Positions 34,089-47,250 of a stretch of DNA of 64,000 nucleotides are shown here, piece after piece. The DNA lies in assembly GCA_030704615.1 (NCBI GenBank), contig CM060732.1, forward strand, positions 56,544,001-56,608,000. The letters are read 5' to 3'. The position numbers were made by a program, and so were the translations under genes. Below the pieces are notes generated by a model. That model was not told the DNA's origin, made no database searches, and saw only the letters and a program-made list of their open reading frames with translations. The stretch comes from Takakia lepidozioides. Its lineage: Eukaryota > Plantae > Bryophyta. Each line of letters begins with the position of its first letter. The stretch's first letter is position 1.

Positions 34089-36623
34089 GTGGCCGAAATT
34101 GAGAAGAGTGACCTTCTCTATGAAAATTCTGGCTTGGTAACGGAAACAGTGACTCCAGAGGTGCAGCGATTGTCTAGGGGAAATCCTGCTGTGCATGAAA
34201 TAACCACACCTGTGATGGAGGTACCAGGGGGAGAATATCAACACACTGCAGCACCTGTGGTGGATGAGGTAGTTCAGGAAGACAATCTGGTAGGGCAATG
34301 GCCTGAATGGTTCGTGAGGCATCACACTGTTGAGGATCAAGGAGAACAGCAGCAAACTCACCATGAGGACCCTCAGCAGGCCATGCTTATGAGTTCCATA
34401 AGCAGGACACTTAATTTGTTGGGCACTTATGTGAAATCCCATGTTCCATCTACCCAATTGGCAGCTTTGAGGGAGGAACTCTGGAAGGAGTTTGAGGCTC
34501 GATTTGCCACTGAGTGTGCAAACAAGGTCGATGAGGAGGTCACTCTCAAATTACAGCAAGAGTTAGAGGATACAACAGCTGCTTTGCAGTTGGCCAAGGA
34601 ACATTTGATTGAAGCAGGCCTCGCGCAGGACCAGTTGCACGAAGCACATAAGCAACAGCTATACCAAATGCAGGTAAAACTTGAGAGCAAGTTGCAAGAA
34701 ATAAATGCACTACATACGGAGTTGCAGACAATGCATGACAGGATGGCCATACAATGTGCTACACTCACAACTACACTTGAGCAAACTACAAAAGAAGTTA
34801 ACAACCAAGCGGAAAGATGTATAAATGCACAGGCAGATAATGTCGAGCAGACAAAACTCATTATTGATATGAAGAATACAATCAGTCGCAATGAGAATAC
34901 TTTCAAGCAATACAGGCAGGTTGAAGCTACCCAAGAAATGTACATCCTGGAATTGCAACAAACGCTCATGGCCAATAGAAATGAACTCTCTGTGGCTAAC
35001 AAGGCTTGGAAGGAGGCCAATAGTCTGGCTGCTGCCTATGCGAGTTTGGTTGAACCTCATGCAAAGCGCATAGAAGCTTTACAGCAGCAGATAGATGTGT
35101 ACAGGCTCACAGAGGAGCAGACTCTAAGGGGTGCCACACGCAACTTGGTGGATAACCACCTTATGCAAGTCTGGTTAGCACAAGGGCCGGTGGAAAGCAA
35201 AGCACCACGGAAGCTCACCCAGGGCGAAATGAATGAGCTCAGGCTGCAGGTGCAGAACATTGCCACAACTACTATAGACAATGTCAATAGTAGGATAACG
35301 GAGCTACAGGAGGATGTAGACGGCCTGCAGACTCAGGTGGAGGACCTGACAAATATTGACAAGAGAGTTTTTGTACCTGAGGAGCAGCTGATGACTTCAT
35401 ATTTACAAACCAGAACTTTAGCTTTTCAGTCTTCTTCGCAGGGGGTGCAGGAGATGCCAATGGTACAAGAGCCAGCGCTACCAATACCACAACAAGTGAC
35501 TGTGACAGTAGCTAACCCTGTTGTTACTACAGCCACACCACAGCCGCCACAGCCTGAGGTATGGGGGGATGCTGCTTTTAACCCACCAAAAACTCCTGCT
35601 GCACGAGAGTACAGTAGGGCTATGATTATGCCCTTCAACCAAATTCCCATTGTGTTGGATTTGGCTTGGAAGGAATTTAGTCCTCCGCAGTCGTTGGCAC
35701 ATTACTACCAGATCATGCGCATTTGGCTGCCAGTGGCAACTAGGACTAAGGTTCTTCCGAACAACCGACCCATTGAGGATCATCACTTTGCGAGATACTG
35801 GCATGAGGCAAGTACCATGTTGAAGGAATTAATTGCCTTCCAAGTTGTACATGGATTCATTTATACCAAGACCAAGGAGGTAGCAAGTATTGTCATGGGC
35901 TGCGGGCTATACTACGCTGCTTGTTTTTTGGCACGTTATCACATTGAACAGCAGAAGATGCAATCGCGCTTTCTGAGTTATTCCAGTGGGGATCATTGGA
36001 TCTTACCTGCAGTGCCACCTCATATGTACCTATATGAGGCAAAAGTTATGATGCAAAAGGATTCTCAAATTCGTTCATGGTTTCATGCGGCCTGGAACAA
36101 TTTGTCAACACAGAAATTCGGGCCTGACGATATTTTCTTTAAGGGCCATGAGACATGGAAAAACTTGCACAATTCACAAGTCATTGGTACACCACTCACC
36201 TGGACAGACAAGGAGTTCAGGATCTTCACCAATTTTGCCATTCAGCGTTTACAACAAGTTTTACAGTTTAAACTTCCAGACATGGTGGGACCACATTGTA
36301 TGCCCCAGAGGATTCCACAAAAAGTTCGACCGTTAAAACACTTGAGAGGCGATGAGGATTCTGATACAACTGATTCTTCAGCGGACTCTTTTGACATGGC
36401 AGAGAACTATGCAATTCAGATGGCAGAGAAGAAGCGACGGGGGTCTCCTATGCCTGAGCGATTACCTCGATATCAGCCAAAGGAGGGACTGACATTTCCA
36501 GGTAGTGCTCAATCATCTCCGTCAACCAGTGACAGAGCTCAGGCTCGCACACGGAGTCCTTCACAAGACTCTCACCGGCAGAAGGGTACTCGCTCACAAA
36601 GGTTTGCTAATCCCAAACAGTAA
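34089..36623 (+). CDS. Large 3' accessory ORF of copy A (844 aa, coiled-coil plus unknown domain)
   Basis: Open frame ending just before the PPT. Homologous to 13915-16410. Confidence 0.8.
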   Translation: MAEIEKSDLLYENSGLVTETVTPEVQRLSRGNPAVHEITTPVMEVPGGEYQHTAAPVVDEVVQEDNLVGQWPEWFVRHHTVEDQGEQQQTHHEDPQQAMLMSSISRTLNLLGTYVKSHVPSTQLAALREELWKEFEARFATECANKVDEEVTLKLQQELEDTTAALQLAKEHLIEAGLAQDQLHEAHKQQLYQMQVKLESKLQEINALHTELQTMHDRMAIQCATLTTTLEQTTKEVNNQAERCINAQADNVEQTKLIIDMKNTISRNENTFKQYRQVEATQEMYILELQQTLMANRNELSVANKAWKEANSLAAAYASLVEPHAKRIEALQQQIDVYRLTEEQTLRGATRNLVDNHLMQVWLAQGPVESKAPRKLTQGEMNELRLQVQNIATTTIDNVNSRITELQEDVDGLQTQVEDLTNIDKRVFVPEEQLMTSYLQTRTLAFQSSSQGVQEMPMVQEPALPIPQQVTVTVANPVVTTATPQPPQPEVWGDAAFNPPKTPAAREYSRAMIMPFNQIPIVLDLAWKEFSPPQSLAHYYQIMRIWLPVATRTKVLPNNRPIEDHHFARYWHEASTMLKELIAFQVVHGFIYTKTKEVASIVMGCGLYYAACFLARYHIEQQKMQSRFLSYSSGDHWILPAVPPHMYLYEAKVMMQKDSQIRSWFHAAWNNLSTQKFGPDDIFFKGHETWKNLHNSQVIGTPLTWTDKEFRIFTNFAIQRLQQVLQFKLPDMVGPHCMPQRIPQKVRPLKHLRGDEDSDTTDSSADSFDMAENYAIQMAEKKRRGSPMPERLPRYQPKEGLTFPGSAQSSPSTSDRAQARTRSPSQDSHRQKGTRSQRFANPKQ

Positions 36624-36643
36624 ACCGTGAGGACACGGCTTTT

Positions 36644-36658
36644 TGAGAGGGGGAGGGG
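36644..36658 (+). promoter_or_regulatory. Polypurine tract
   Basis: GAGAGGGGGAGGGG just 5' of the 3' LTR. Confidence 0.8.
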
Positions 36659-36662
36659 TAAA

Positions 36663-37606
36663 TGTTAGAGGGTTGCTTGAAACTTAGACGCTTTTACGGG
36701 ATCTGTGGGGTACCCTTAATTTTTACACAGACTGAGACCAACAGGAGCCTTAGGGGTGACAACAACAGGCTTTAGGGGGGGAGATACACAGCCCGACACA
36801 GTCCATCACAGCCCGACACAGCCGTCACAGCCCGTCACAGTCCAACCCAGCCAGTCACAGCCAACACAGCCCGACACAGCCGACACAGCTTCGCACAACC
36901 CTACACAGCCCGACACAGCCAGTCACAGCCCGCCACAACCTGATACAGCCAGTCACAGCTCGGCACAACTGGGGAACAGTTATCATTGGCAGGGAACGAC
37001 TGTGGGGGAATGACATCTGAAAAAGGAACGTGTACTACAGGGATGACGGTTAGTTAGGAAAGCGGTTAGAACAGCTTGTAGGTAGATAAAGCGAGGAGCG
37101 GGGACGTCGGGGGATCACTTCTTGGTGGGGGACTTCTGGCATCACGGCTTGGGGAAAGAGAGGGGAGAGCACATCACTGTGGGGAAAGATGAAGAGTACG
37201 GAGGAGGAGAAGTGACGATCTGTTGTTACTTGATGAATGCAAGCTGTAGAATTGTAATGTAGAGTAGATTAGAGACACCATGGCTTCAGCCTGATACTTG
37301 ATAGTTATTAATCTGATACATACTTCATACTCACACTGTGTAGAGAGACCTGAGTGAAGCTGTGGAATGAGTAGATGGAACTTGATAGATTTCTGAAGCA
37401 AACTGATACTTAATTGCAGACAGTGAGGTAACTCGCTAACATGAATGCGGGAAGGAGTACGAATAGGAAACACCCCCATGATATACTAGCTGTAGGTCAT
37501 GACTGATTGTTCTGAGCGGGCTGAGTGCTTAGAGATTTCCAACTCTTCTATCTTGGAGTTCCCACCTCGGATAGCGAAGGGATGGGTGAGGAAAAGCCGC
37601 TTGACA
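36663..37606 (+). repeat. 3' LTR of copy A
   Basis: Direct repeat of 10456-11417. Confidence 0.93.
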
Positions 37607-37669
37607 CTGTTGCGGCTTCCAGTTGACCATCTACCCATGCAGGTTTCTTGGAGCTATTTTTCCACGGGG

Positions 37670-40070
37670 AATCACCCCTTCCCGCATCATTGCTCATAGG
37701 TCTCCAAAGCCTCCATCCGCGCCCTTGCTGTGCATATCCTGCAATCATCGCACTCCACGACACCACATCTCGTTCAGCCATACTGTCAAACACTTCCTTT
37801 GCATCCTCGATGCACCCACATTTGGCATACATGCAGTCCACTAGGGCAGTGTTCAGAATGACATTGGGTACAATTCCAGATTTGACGATGTCACCATGGA
37901 CCTCTTTGCCATTTTCCAGAGCTTCCAGGCTTGCACATGCATTACAAACAAATGTGATGTGGTTGGGCCTTACCCCTTCGCGCAACAGTTGCTCATAGGT
38001 CTCCAAAGCATTCCTACCACACCCTGTTAAATCCTGCCAACATAATATTCAACGTGATCAAAGTTCGTTGAGGCATTCCGTTGAACACTCGGTGTGCATT
38101 CATGATGCTCCTGCACTTAACATACATGTCACAAGGGGGTTGAGGAGAAAAACACTTGGTGTGAATCCACTTTGGATAATGTGACTGAAATGCTCCTTGG
38201 TTTAAAGGTTGTAGAGCCTCTTTCAGCCTGCCTGCCTCACAAAGCATCTTCACATGCCCAGAAGAGCAAGAAGAGGCATTATGGACTCCCTCTCTTGATC
38301 CTCTTTTAGAAGCTGTGGTATGGTTGAGGTGCCTGATTTAAATCAGGCCTGCCAGGCCTGCAATGCACACAAACATGATGTGGCCGGGCTGGACCCCTTC
38401 CCCCATCATTTGCTCATAGGTCTCCAAAGCCTACATCCCACCTCCCCGTTGTGCATACCCTGCAAGCATCGCACTCCACGACACCACATCTCGTTCAGCC
38501 ATAGTGTTGAACATTCCCTTTGCATCCTCGATGCACCCACATTTTGCATACATGTCCACTAGGGTATTGTTCAAAATGACATTTGGTACAATTCCAGCTC
38601 TGAAGGTGTCACCATGGACCTCCTTCCCTTTTTCCAATTCATGATCTGTACACAGGCAGGGATAGCTGAGGGACCTGGGATAGAGGTCCAGATTCATGTT
38701 CAGGTTCAGGCTGAGGGATCAATAGCTAAAAGAAATCAGCTGGAGTAGATGGTCAATTGTTGCAAGTGGAAACAGTAGCGGCAGCACAATTGATAGAATG
38801 AGGTGCTGCTAATGAAGGCACCTTCCTCAACACATTTTAGCCTGTTTTTCCAAATAATCTCCCAAAGAACCCTCCAACGATTTGGAACCAACGGAATTCC
38901 CTTTGGTAGTTGGCAGTCCGGAACAACTCCCTACTCTTTGGTCGCTTTCCAGCTCGCTCGCTTACTCACTAGTTTTTTGGTCACGGACACCCCAGCCCAA
39001 ACCCGGACTGCCTCTTGCCTCCACCTATGGAAAGGTTTTGGCCTACATAGAGGGTGGAAGCCTACGAGGAAGAGAGACTAAAGCAATTCCTAATCCCAGA
39101 ATGCTCTCATCCCACTAGTCTCCCCCTATCTCTAAACGCTCTTGCTCATGACCAACAGACATAACTACCTTCTAGGGTCTCTCAAATAACTCTCCAAGAG
39201 CCCTCAAGATGTCTCTCAAACAATCTCACTAGCTGCCAGGGCAGTACAATTCCAGCTTTGATGATATCCCCATGCACCTCTTTGCCCCTCTCCAGGGTTG
39301 CCAGGCCTGCAATGCATACAAACATGATGTGGCCGGGCTGGACCCCTTCCCCCATCAGTTGCTCATAGGTCTCCAAAGCCTCCATCCCATGTCCCTGCTT
39401 TGCATACCCTGCAAGCATCGCACTCCACAACACCACATTTCGTTCAGCCATAGTGTTGAACACTCCCTTTGCATCCCCGATGCACCCACATTTTGCATAC
39501 ATGTCCACCAGGGTATTGTTCAAAATGACATTTGGTACAATTCCAGCTCTGAAGGTGTCACCATGGAACTGCCAGGGCAGTGTATGGAATGGCATTAGGT
39601 ACAATTCCAGCTTTGATGATATCCCCATGCACCTCTTTGCCCCTCTCCAGGGCTGCCAGGCCTGCAATGCATACAAACATAATGTGGCCGGGCTGGACCC
39701 CTTCCCCCATCATTTGCTCATAGGTCTCCAAAGCCTCCATCCCACATCCCTGCTGTGCATACCTTGCAAGCATCGCACTCCACGACACCACATCTAGTTC
39801 AGCCATAGTGTTGAACACTCCCTTTGCATCCCCGATGCACCCACATTTTGCATACGTGTCCACTAGGGTATTGTTCAGAATGACATTTGGTACAATTCCA
39901 GCTCTGAAGATGTCACCACGGACCTCCTTCCCCTTTTCCAGAGCTGCCAGGGCAGTGTTTAGAATGACATTAGGTACAATTCCAGCTTTGATGATATCCC
40001 CATGCACCTCTTTGCCCTTCTCAAGGGTTGCCAGGCTTGCACAAGCATTGCAATGCACACAAACATGATG
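37670..40070 (-). pseudogene. Cluster of duplicated PLS-class PPR gene fragments (37670-38270, 38345-38640, 39232-40070) inside the CACTA
   Basis: Repeated PNHITFV, GKEVHGDI...G, NTALVDMYAKCG.I.DA..VF..M.ERDVVSWSAMI.GYAQ.G motifs with frameshifts. Confidence 0.9.
38895..38984. repeat. Fragment similar to the chromovirus LTR
   Basis: GAATTCCCTTTGGTAG.TGGCAGTCCGGAACAACTCCC.ACTCTTTGGTCGCTTTCC matches 42606-42694. Confidence 0.8.
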
Positions 40071-43000
40071 TGAGAGGGCAAAACAGGTTGAAATAGGTCA
40101 AAGAAGAAGATGCCCTCACCACATTGTCCTCGAGGTTGTGTCATGACTTGACTGACCATCAACCCAAAAGGACCTCTTGTGTGTGCTGTGCTGCTTGTGT
40201 CTGTAGTCAGGTAATGTCGGATTGGTCTGTGAGATCGAACCACCACGGTGTAGCTGAGTAGGCAGAGCTTGAAACACGGCCTGCTATGACCAAGCTAACT
40301 CTCCCAAGAATGGCAAGCTCGCAAGAATGTTGCGAGCTTCTCCTCGTCTCATCTCCTCCTCCTCTCCTCCTTCCTACATCATTTGCTCAACGCCTCCATC
40401 CCACGCCCCTGCATATCCTGCGATCATCGCGTTCCATCCCTCGGCTACATGGTGTGGCGCAGGGAACCAAAAAAACCAAGTCCCAGCCCTCCTCTGTGTT
40501 CACGATTACCCTAGTGGGCAACCTTATTAGCAACTTTTTGACTTTTGAACCTTTTGCACTTTGATTCATTATAGGTCAGAGGCTAAAGTCCTGCTATCAG
40601 ACTTGTCTAGAAAACCAAAACACCACGTAGACAAACATTTGATAATGGTAATAAAATATATTACCATTGGGCTGGTTTGAACACTTGTTAGTAAATTTAG
40701 GTTATGATTTTTAGGTTAGGATTTTTTGAAATATTCTGGTTTTTTCTTTGATGTGTGAGATGACAAAGTCCAAGCATGTCACATAAACAAGGAGTTTAAC
40801 GTAAGGATGATGCAAGTGATTTGTGGCAAAAAGTGTAAATCATGCCTATGCCTATTTGTCCTAGTTGTGTCATAGGTTGCAACGGAACGGGGCCACCTTT
40901 GAATGCGATCCCCATGCTCATTTCACCAAGGGCATTATAGACTTCATAATGTAGAGATTGAAAATGGGGTGTATTCTTCACTTGCTAGTACCATCGTGCA
41001 GATTTCTAAACATGAACATGAAGTTCATAATCATTTTCCAAGGGCATCATTCTCAAACTCCCCATACACCACAATCAGTGGAAATAATTGTATGTTCCCA
41101 TTTCACATAGGTGTGTAACATGCCATGTAAACTAAGCCAACCCCTGCCACGCTCATGGCTGTTTTCACACCGTTCTTGCCTGGGGTGTGGACCACATGTG
41201 AGACACCCCATAGTTAGGGCATATTTAGACCCACACCTTGGCTCAGTGTAAAGACCCGTGATAAAAGCCGTGGAATGTGCCAGGTGTGAGATGGCAGAGC
41301 CGTGGAAAAAGCCGGTTTCTCTTCTAGTGGTAGTTCAGGATCATATGGTGGTGGGACAAAGTTGAAGTTTCATGTTTTTTGTCTATTCTTGTGCACGCAT
41401 GTTGCACATAATATAGGGGGTTTATGGACTGCCGCCCACTTTCCATCAAGGTTTCCTCTATGGGCTACTTCCTTCGTACGGTTTTCTTGTACATACCAAC
41501 TTATGGCAACATACCGAAGAGGGCAATGTTTTCCCCATGTGGCACCACTAGGGTTGAATTGAACAGTTGCTACCATAGCCCTATGTTGTGAGCTTTGTGT
41601 ATTAATAGTAGAGTGGTCAGAGTAGTGTGGTCTGAGGTGTTGTAACATTAAGAATATTTGATCATAGCTTTGGGTGCCAGTGTTGATCCTTGATAGCACC
41701 TTTGTATAGTGTTGCCTTCGAACCTTTCGCGTTGACAGATAACATAAGAAAACTTGCAGATTTTGGGCAAGGCATTGGTTGGCACTGGTGGGGTTGTCCA
41801 GATATCGCCGTTGCGGGGTTGTTGGGGGATGCACTACTTTAATAGGGCTCTATTCAGGCTTGGGTTTGGTAGTGGTAGACAAGTTGTACTGGAACGGCAT
41901 TGATATTGGGGCTTCACATTTATTCGCATTAGCATGTACTATGGCTTTTCTCGCTTGTAGTTGTCATTTTGCCGTTTCTGGGATTGGCATGCGATGCTTT
42001 GTGCGGTACTGAGTTTGGTTCCCAAAGGGTTGTGCATCTGAGGTCTCCATGACCTACTGGGATTTAATTTAGCTATTCTATGAATCATATGACCAGCAGG
42101 CCTATGCCTTAGACAGGCCAAGATTGTGGGCTCAGTCTTATGTATCTGTTGGTGTGTAGTCTCCGATCGTGGCACTGATTGACAGATTTATGATTGTGGT
42201 GATGATTTACACTGTTTTGTATTGTTAGTACCAGTAGCATACAACCTGGTTGAGAGGGAGTTAACATCTGTGTAATCGCTGCAGACCACTGTATGTCAGG
42301 ATTCTTCATAGTAAACAGATCATACATAAATTTGTACAGCTTTTGAATTGGTACTTGAATTTGAACATCTTTCCCATGTGGGGTGTTTCTGGCTACGTTA
42401 TGTGTGTGGTTATTTCCTGGTTCTGGGTACTTGTCGCGCACCTCACTTCGGTAAGCTCCCATTCAAGTCATAGTTACTCGCTTTGATGCGCGCGCCTGAC
42501 TCCCAACCTGGCCGCCGGGCCAACTTGGAGCTTCGGCTGCTCACCGGGACATAACGGTCCCCCTTCGCTCTCCCACTAAACCCTCCACCTATTTGGGCCT
42601 AGTGGAATTCCCTTTGGTAGATGGCAGTCCGGAACAACTCCCCACTCTTTGGTCGCTTTCCGGCTCGCTCGCTTACTCACTAGTTTTTGGTCACCAACGG
42701 GCTTGCACCGTTCTCGGGGTCACTACTCCCCTTATATATACTTCTGTAGCTGTCCGCGGGGGTTTCACAACCAGCCATGCCATTTTATGGCGAACCACCA
42801 CGAAAACCCTCGACTCCCGGTGGTGAGTCGCGGTGAGTCTTGGCCCACTCACCACGGCCCCATTGGGCCGTGATGAGTCCCAAGACTCCCACGACTCCCA
42901 CCACGAGGTCTCCACCCCATGGTGAGTCCTATGCCACCCCTACTAAGTCCCGCTAAGCTACCACCACCCCTTGTGGAGCCACCCCCACCGCAACCCGGTG

Positions 43001-44057
43001 TGCGGGGCTCCGCCTAGTGAGCACCTCTGCCTCCTTGAGTGCCTTGGGCACTCAAGGGTGCTTCAGCCCCTGTACCTATCGCTGCTACTGCCCCCACCAC
43101 AGGGGCAGCCCCTTCTGTGTCCCGACCCCTTGCCCTCAAGGCAACCGTGACACACACCCCTACCAACAGGGAGTCGATGTCCTCATCGACTTGTCCATTT
43201 TGTAGAAACGAACATCCAAGTTGTGGCGTCCCACATCAAGGAGTTTGTTTCCGCACCATGGCGTCCCATGGCAAAGAACCAAACCCCACACTTGACTCTA
43301 CTCTCCACTAGCTAGTTCGGCCGACTTCCTCCAAGTCTCGGCCAAGGGTGGAGCCTCTCCAGCTCCTCCCAGTGCACTCTTCTTGGCCTACTTCAAGGCC
43401 AAGGAACGATCCTCCCCGAGGATCGAATCGCCTTACTGCAACAACATTGCTTGCGACCGCTCATGATGCCGCTTTTGGCATCACCTTGAGCAAGGGTTCA
43501 CCTGGAACCCTCTTTGACTAGGAAGATAACCTTGAACCAACCGTGCGCCCCAATCACTACAATTGGGTCCGCCTTGGAATGCTGGCCTGAGGTACGGGAA
43601 CACGCCGAAGCTGCACTACGACTTCGTCCCGAGGCTACACAATTATAGTACGTGAACGGAAGCACGTGGCTTCCGCGTTAGCCCGCACTACAAGGCAACC
43701 CCCTCGGTAGCGCAGTTATAGTACGCGCACGCGCCAGGTGCGCACTAGCACGTGAACTCCCAAAGAAGGCGCAAGTTTCCTTGCCCCTCGGATGGGGGTC
43801 ACCCGATTTCGGCACTACGCAAACACACGATTAACCCAATTTACCTCTCCCACTTTTATAAGCTAGCATGCATTCTACACACTAGCCAACCATACCATGC
43901 ATCACCATTCCAAACAAAATAGGACGCACAACATTTGGAATCCATTTCATTTATAGCACGTTTTGTACAATACAAGTTTTTGCAATCGGATTCCTAAGCT
44001 AGCTAAGCCGGGCTAAGCATGCATTTCCTCCCCCACGCTCCAAGGTTGATGTCCCCA

Positions 44058-44792
44058 TCAACGCTTCTTCCGCTTTTGAGGTCGCCCTTCGAAAGCTGCG
44101 ACCGCCTCGGATGCGTTTCCCATTTCTGAGGCACGCACCCAAGATGCCTCCACATGATGATAGCCCTTCCATTTGACGAGATACTCCGTTTCTCGGTTCT
44201 TGAACCTCCTCGACTTAAGTATTGCCTCCACCTCGTACTCAGGTTCATTTTCATGATCCAACAACATAGGTGGCGGACGCAACACTTGATGCCGATTCGG
44301 ACGCGCTTCATCTTTGAAGTAAGGCTTCAAAAGGGAGACATGGAATACTGGGTGCATCTTGCTGTTTGCCGGCAGCTCCAATTCATACACATCCTCATTC
44401 ATAACCTTCCGAATGCGAAAGGGTCCCGCATACGGAGGTACGAACTTCGGACTCACTTCCGGAGGTAGTCGAAAATTCTTGATGTTCAACCAGACCTCCG
44501 TGCCTGCCTCAAACTTCACTTCCCTCCGTTTCCGATTCACCTGCCTTTCATACCGTTTCCTAGCTTTGGCAATGTTGTACTTTGCGAGCTTCAACAAACG
44601 CTCGCGTTCTTCCAGTACCGCCGCTACTGCCGGTTCCTCAACGTCCTGGGCCGCCCAACTTGTCGGCACTAGAGGTGTTTTTCCATAGACCAATACGAAA
44701 GGGGAAACTCCCGTTGCGGAGTGTTCTATGTTATTATAACAGAACTCTGCCGCGTCTAAGTGTTCCACCCAGTCTGTTTGGTCTGCCGACAC
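44058..44792 (-). pseudogene. pol: Integrase C-terminus with GPY/F motif and chromodomain
   Basis: YAGPFRI, HPVFHVSLLK and EYEVEAIL...EYLVKWKGY...ASW. Confidence 0.93.
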
Positions 44793-47250
44793 GTAATTCC
44801 TGCTTTAAGATGTGGGCGAAGTAAAGTCGCCCTGTCTCATGCGCCGTTGCCGTCTCCTTGGTGGGGATGAAATGGCCCATTTTACTGAACCTATCCACCA
44901 CCACCATGATTGCATCGAATCCTTTTGACAGCGGCATAGCAGTCATGAAATCCATCGAGACGCTTTCCCAAGTCCCCTCTGGAATCGGCAAGGGTTGTAA
45001 CAGCCCCGCTTGCTTTTTGTACTCGCTCCGGTTTTGTTGGCATGTGGTGCATGTCTTGACATACTCCTCTGCCTCCTCCCTCAGTTTGGGCCAGAAATAC
45101 TCTTTCTTCAAGAGTGCCGCAGTGCGCTTGGCTCCGCCGTGGCCCGCAAGCGGGCTATCATGGCATTCTCTCAAGAGGCTATCTCTGATCCCTCCCTTCG
45201 GCACGTAGAGACGCTTTTGCATATACCGGAGCAGTCCATTTTGCAAGTGGAACTGCGATTTAACCCCCATCCTCAAGTCCTGCATCACGGACTTCGCCAG
45301 CTCATCCTTCCGGCAAGCCTTCCGGATCTTCCTTTGGAGCTCCGTCTCGCCCTTGTACACCAACAAGAGCTGCTGCTTTCTACTTAAAGCATCGGCCACC
45401 ACGTTGTCTCGTCCCGGTTTGTACTGGATATCCACGTCAAACACCGCCAAAGTATCTTGCCACCTAAGTTGTTTTGGGGACAACTTGGGCTGCGTGGCAA
45501 AATACTTCACCGTGACATTGTCCGTGAACACCTTCACTGGGTTGGAACCAACATAGTGGCGCCAAAGCTCAAGACAGTGCACCACCGCCTTCATCTCTTT
45601 CTCGTGCGTCGGCCACCGTTGCTCCACTTCATTCAGTTTCTTACTTTCGTAAGCCACTGGACGTCCATCTTGCATCAGTACACCCCCAATCGCGAAGTCC
45701 GACGCATCTGTATGTATCTCGAACGGACAATCGAACTCCGGGATTTTCAAGACTGGAGCTTCCGCCATCCGCTGCTTCAATTCAGCAAAAGCTTGGCCAC
45801 AAAAGGTGTTCCATGCCCAGACTTTAGATTTACACAGAAGGTCTGACAGCGGCCCCGTGATTTTGGCGAAATTTCTCACATACTTCCGGTAATAGGAGGT
45901 GAGTCCTAGGAAGGATCGCACTCCCAGGACCGAAGTCGGAGGCTCCCAGTCCAAAATTGCCCTCACCTTCATGTCATCCATTTTGATCCCATCCTGTGTA
46001 ATCACATGCCCCAGGAACTCCACTTTTGTGACCCCGAATTCGCACTTTGAAGCTTTGGGATATAGCTTCCCTTCTCGCAATTTCTGGAACACCCTTTTGA
46101 GGTGCTCCAGGTGCTCCTCCTTTGTTTTCGAATACACCAAGATGTCGTCGATGTACACGATCACAAAGTCATCCAACCACTCCTGGAAAAGGCTGTTCAT
46201 CAGCGTGCTAAAGGTCGCGGGTGCGTTGGTGAGCCCAAAAGGCATCACCAAGAACTCATACGAACCATACCTCGTCCTGCACGCGGTCTTCTCCTCATCT
46301 CCTTCCGCCACTCGAATTTGATGATAGCTGGAGCGCAGATCGATCCGGTTGAAATACTTCGCTCCTGCCAACCGATCGAAAAGGTCGTCGATCCTTGGCA
46401 AAAGGTACCGGTTTTTTATAGTCACCTTATTCAGAGTCTTGTAATCGACACACATCCGCAGCGTCCCATCCTTTTTATCTGCAAATAGCACCGGGGCTCC
46501 GTAAGGTGACTTACTCGGTCGGATGTACCCCTTTGACATTAGATCTTTGAGCTGAGTCTTCAGCTCGACCAACTCTCTGTGGCTCAACCGGTAGGGCACC
46601 TTGGCAGGCGGTTCCGATCCCGGTATCACCTCAATCTTGTGGTCAACTCCTCTTCGCGGTGGCAAGCCGCTTGGCAAATCCTCTGGCATCACATCATGGT
46701 ATTTCTCCAAAATCCCCTTGATCCAATCTGGGCTCGGCTCTCCATCGCCTTCTCCCTTCACTTCTCTAATGTAGAGCAAAAACTGGGGCTCGTGTGCCTC
46801 CTCCACGGCCCACTCCCTTACTGACAGAAGGTTTATTCGCCCTCCCACGGGTTTGGGCGTTTCCGAAACTCGTAAGACCTCGCCACCATTCCAACATGGC
46901 AGCGTGACTACCCTCTTGCGGCCATCTATGACCGCTCCGGATTTGCTCAAAAAGGTCATCCCCAAAATGAGATCCACTCCATCGATCTCGCAGACGGTGA
47001 AGTTCTCACGTCCCTCCCAACTCCCCAGTTAAAGAGGAACATCGAACGCCAACCTCGTCGCCAATTGCGGTTCTCCTTTGGCATAACGCACCTCAATAGA
47101 GGCCCCTACGTCAGTTGTCGGGAGTCCCAGCTTTTGTGCCGTTGCCGGTGTCATGAAGGAGTGCGACGCTCCTGTGTCCACCAACAATGACACGTTAGTT
47201 CCGGATATTATCCCATCCACGAACAATAAGTGACTCCCTTTACGCAATGC
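44793..47250 (-). pseudogene. pol: Protease (frameshifted), RT, RNase H and integrase N-terminus
   Basis: [37 protein letters not shown] and SMDF. Integrase core deleted near 44800. Confidence 0.93.

Larger units (their letters stand above)
10456..37606 (+). mobile_element. Ty3/Gypsy LTR retrotransposon, Tat/Athila-like non-chromovirus (copy A), interrupted
   Basis: LTRs 10456-11417 and 36663-37606 (TGTTAG...GACA). TSD CTGCT/CTGTT. PBS after the 5' LTR, PPT before the 3' LTR. Gag, integrase remnant and a large 3' ORF. Confidence 0.9.
9120..41329. mobile_element. Non-autonomous CACTA (En/Spm) DNA transposon, 32.2 kb including nested insertions
   Basis: Perfect 29-bp TIR CACTAGAAGAGAAACCGGCTTTTTCCACG at 9120-9148 and 41301-41329. 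3-bp TSD GTA at 9117-9119 and 41330-41332. CCACG/CGTGG-rich subterminal repeats. No transposase seen. Confidence 0.95.

Noticed and set aside
37548-40058. Functional PPR gene
   Set aside because: Frameshifts, truncated motifs, tandem duplicated blocks, no E/DYW end, and located inside a CACTA.
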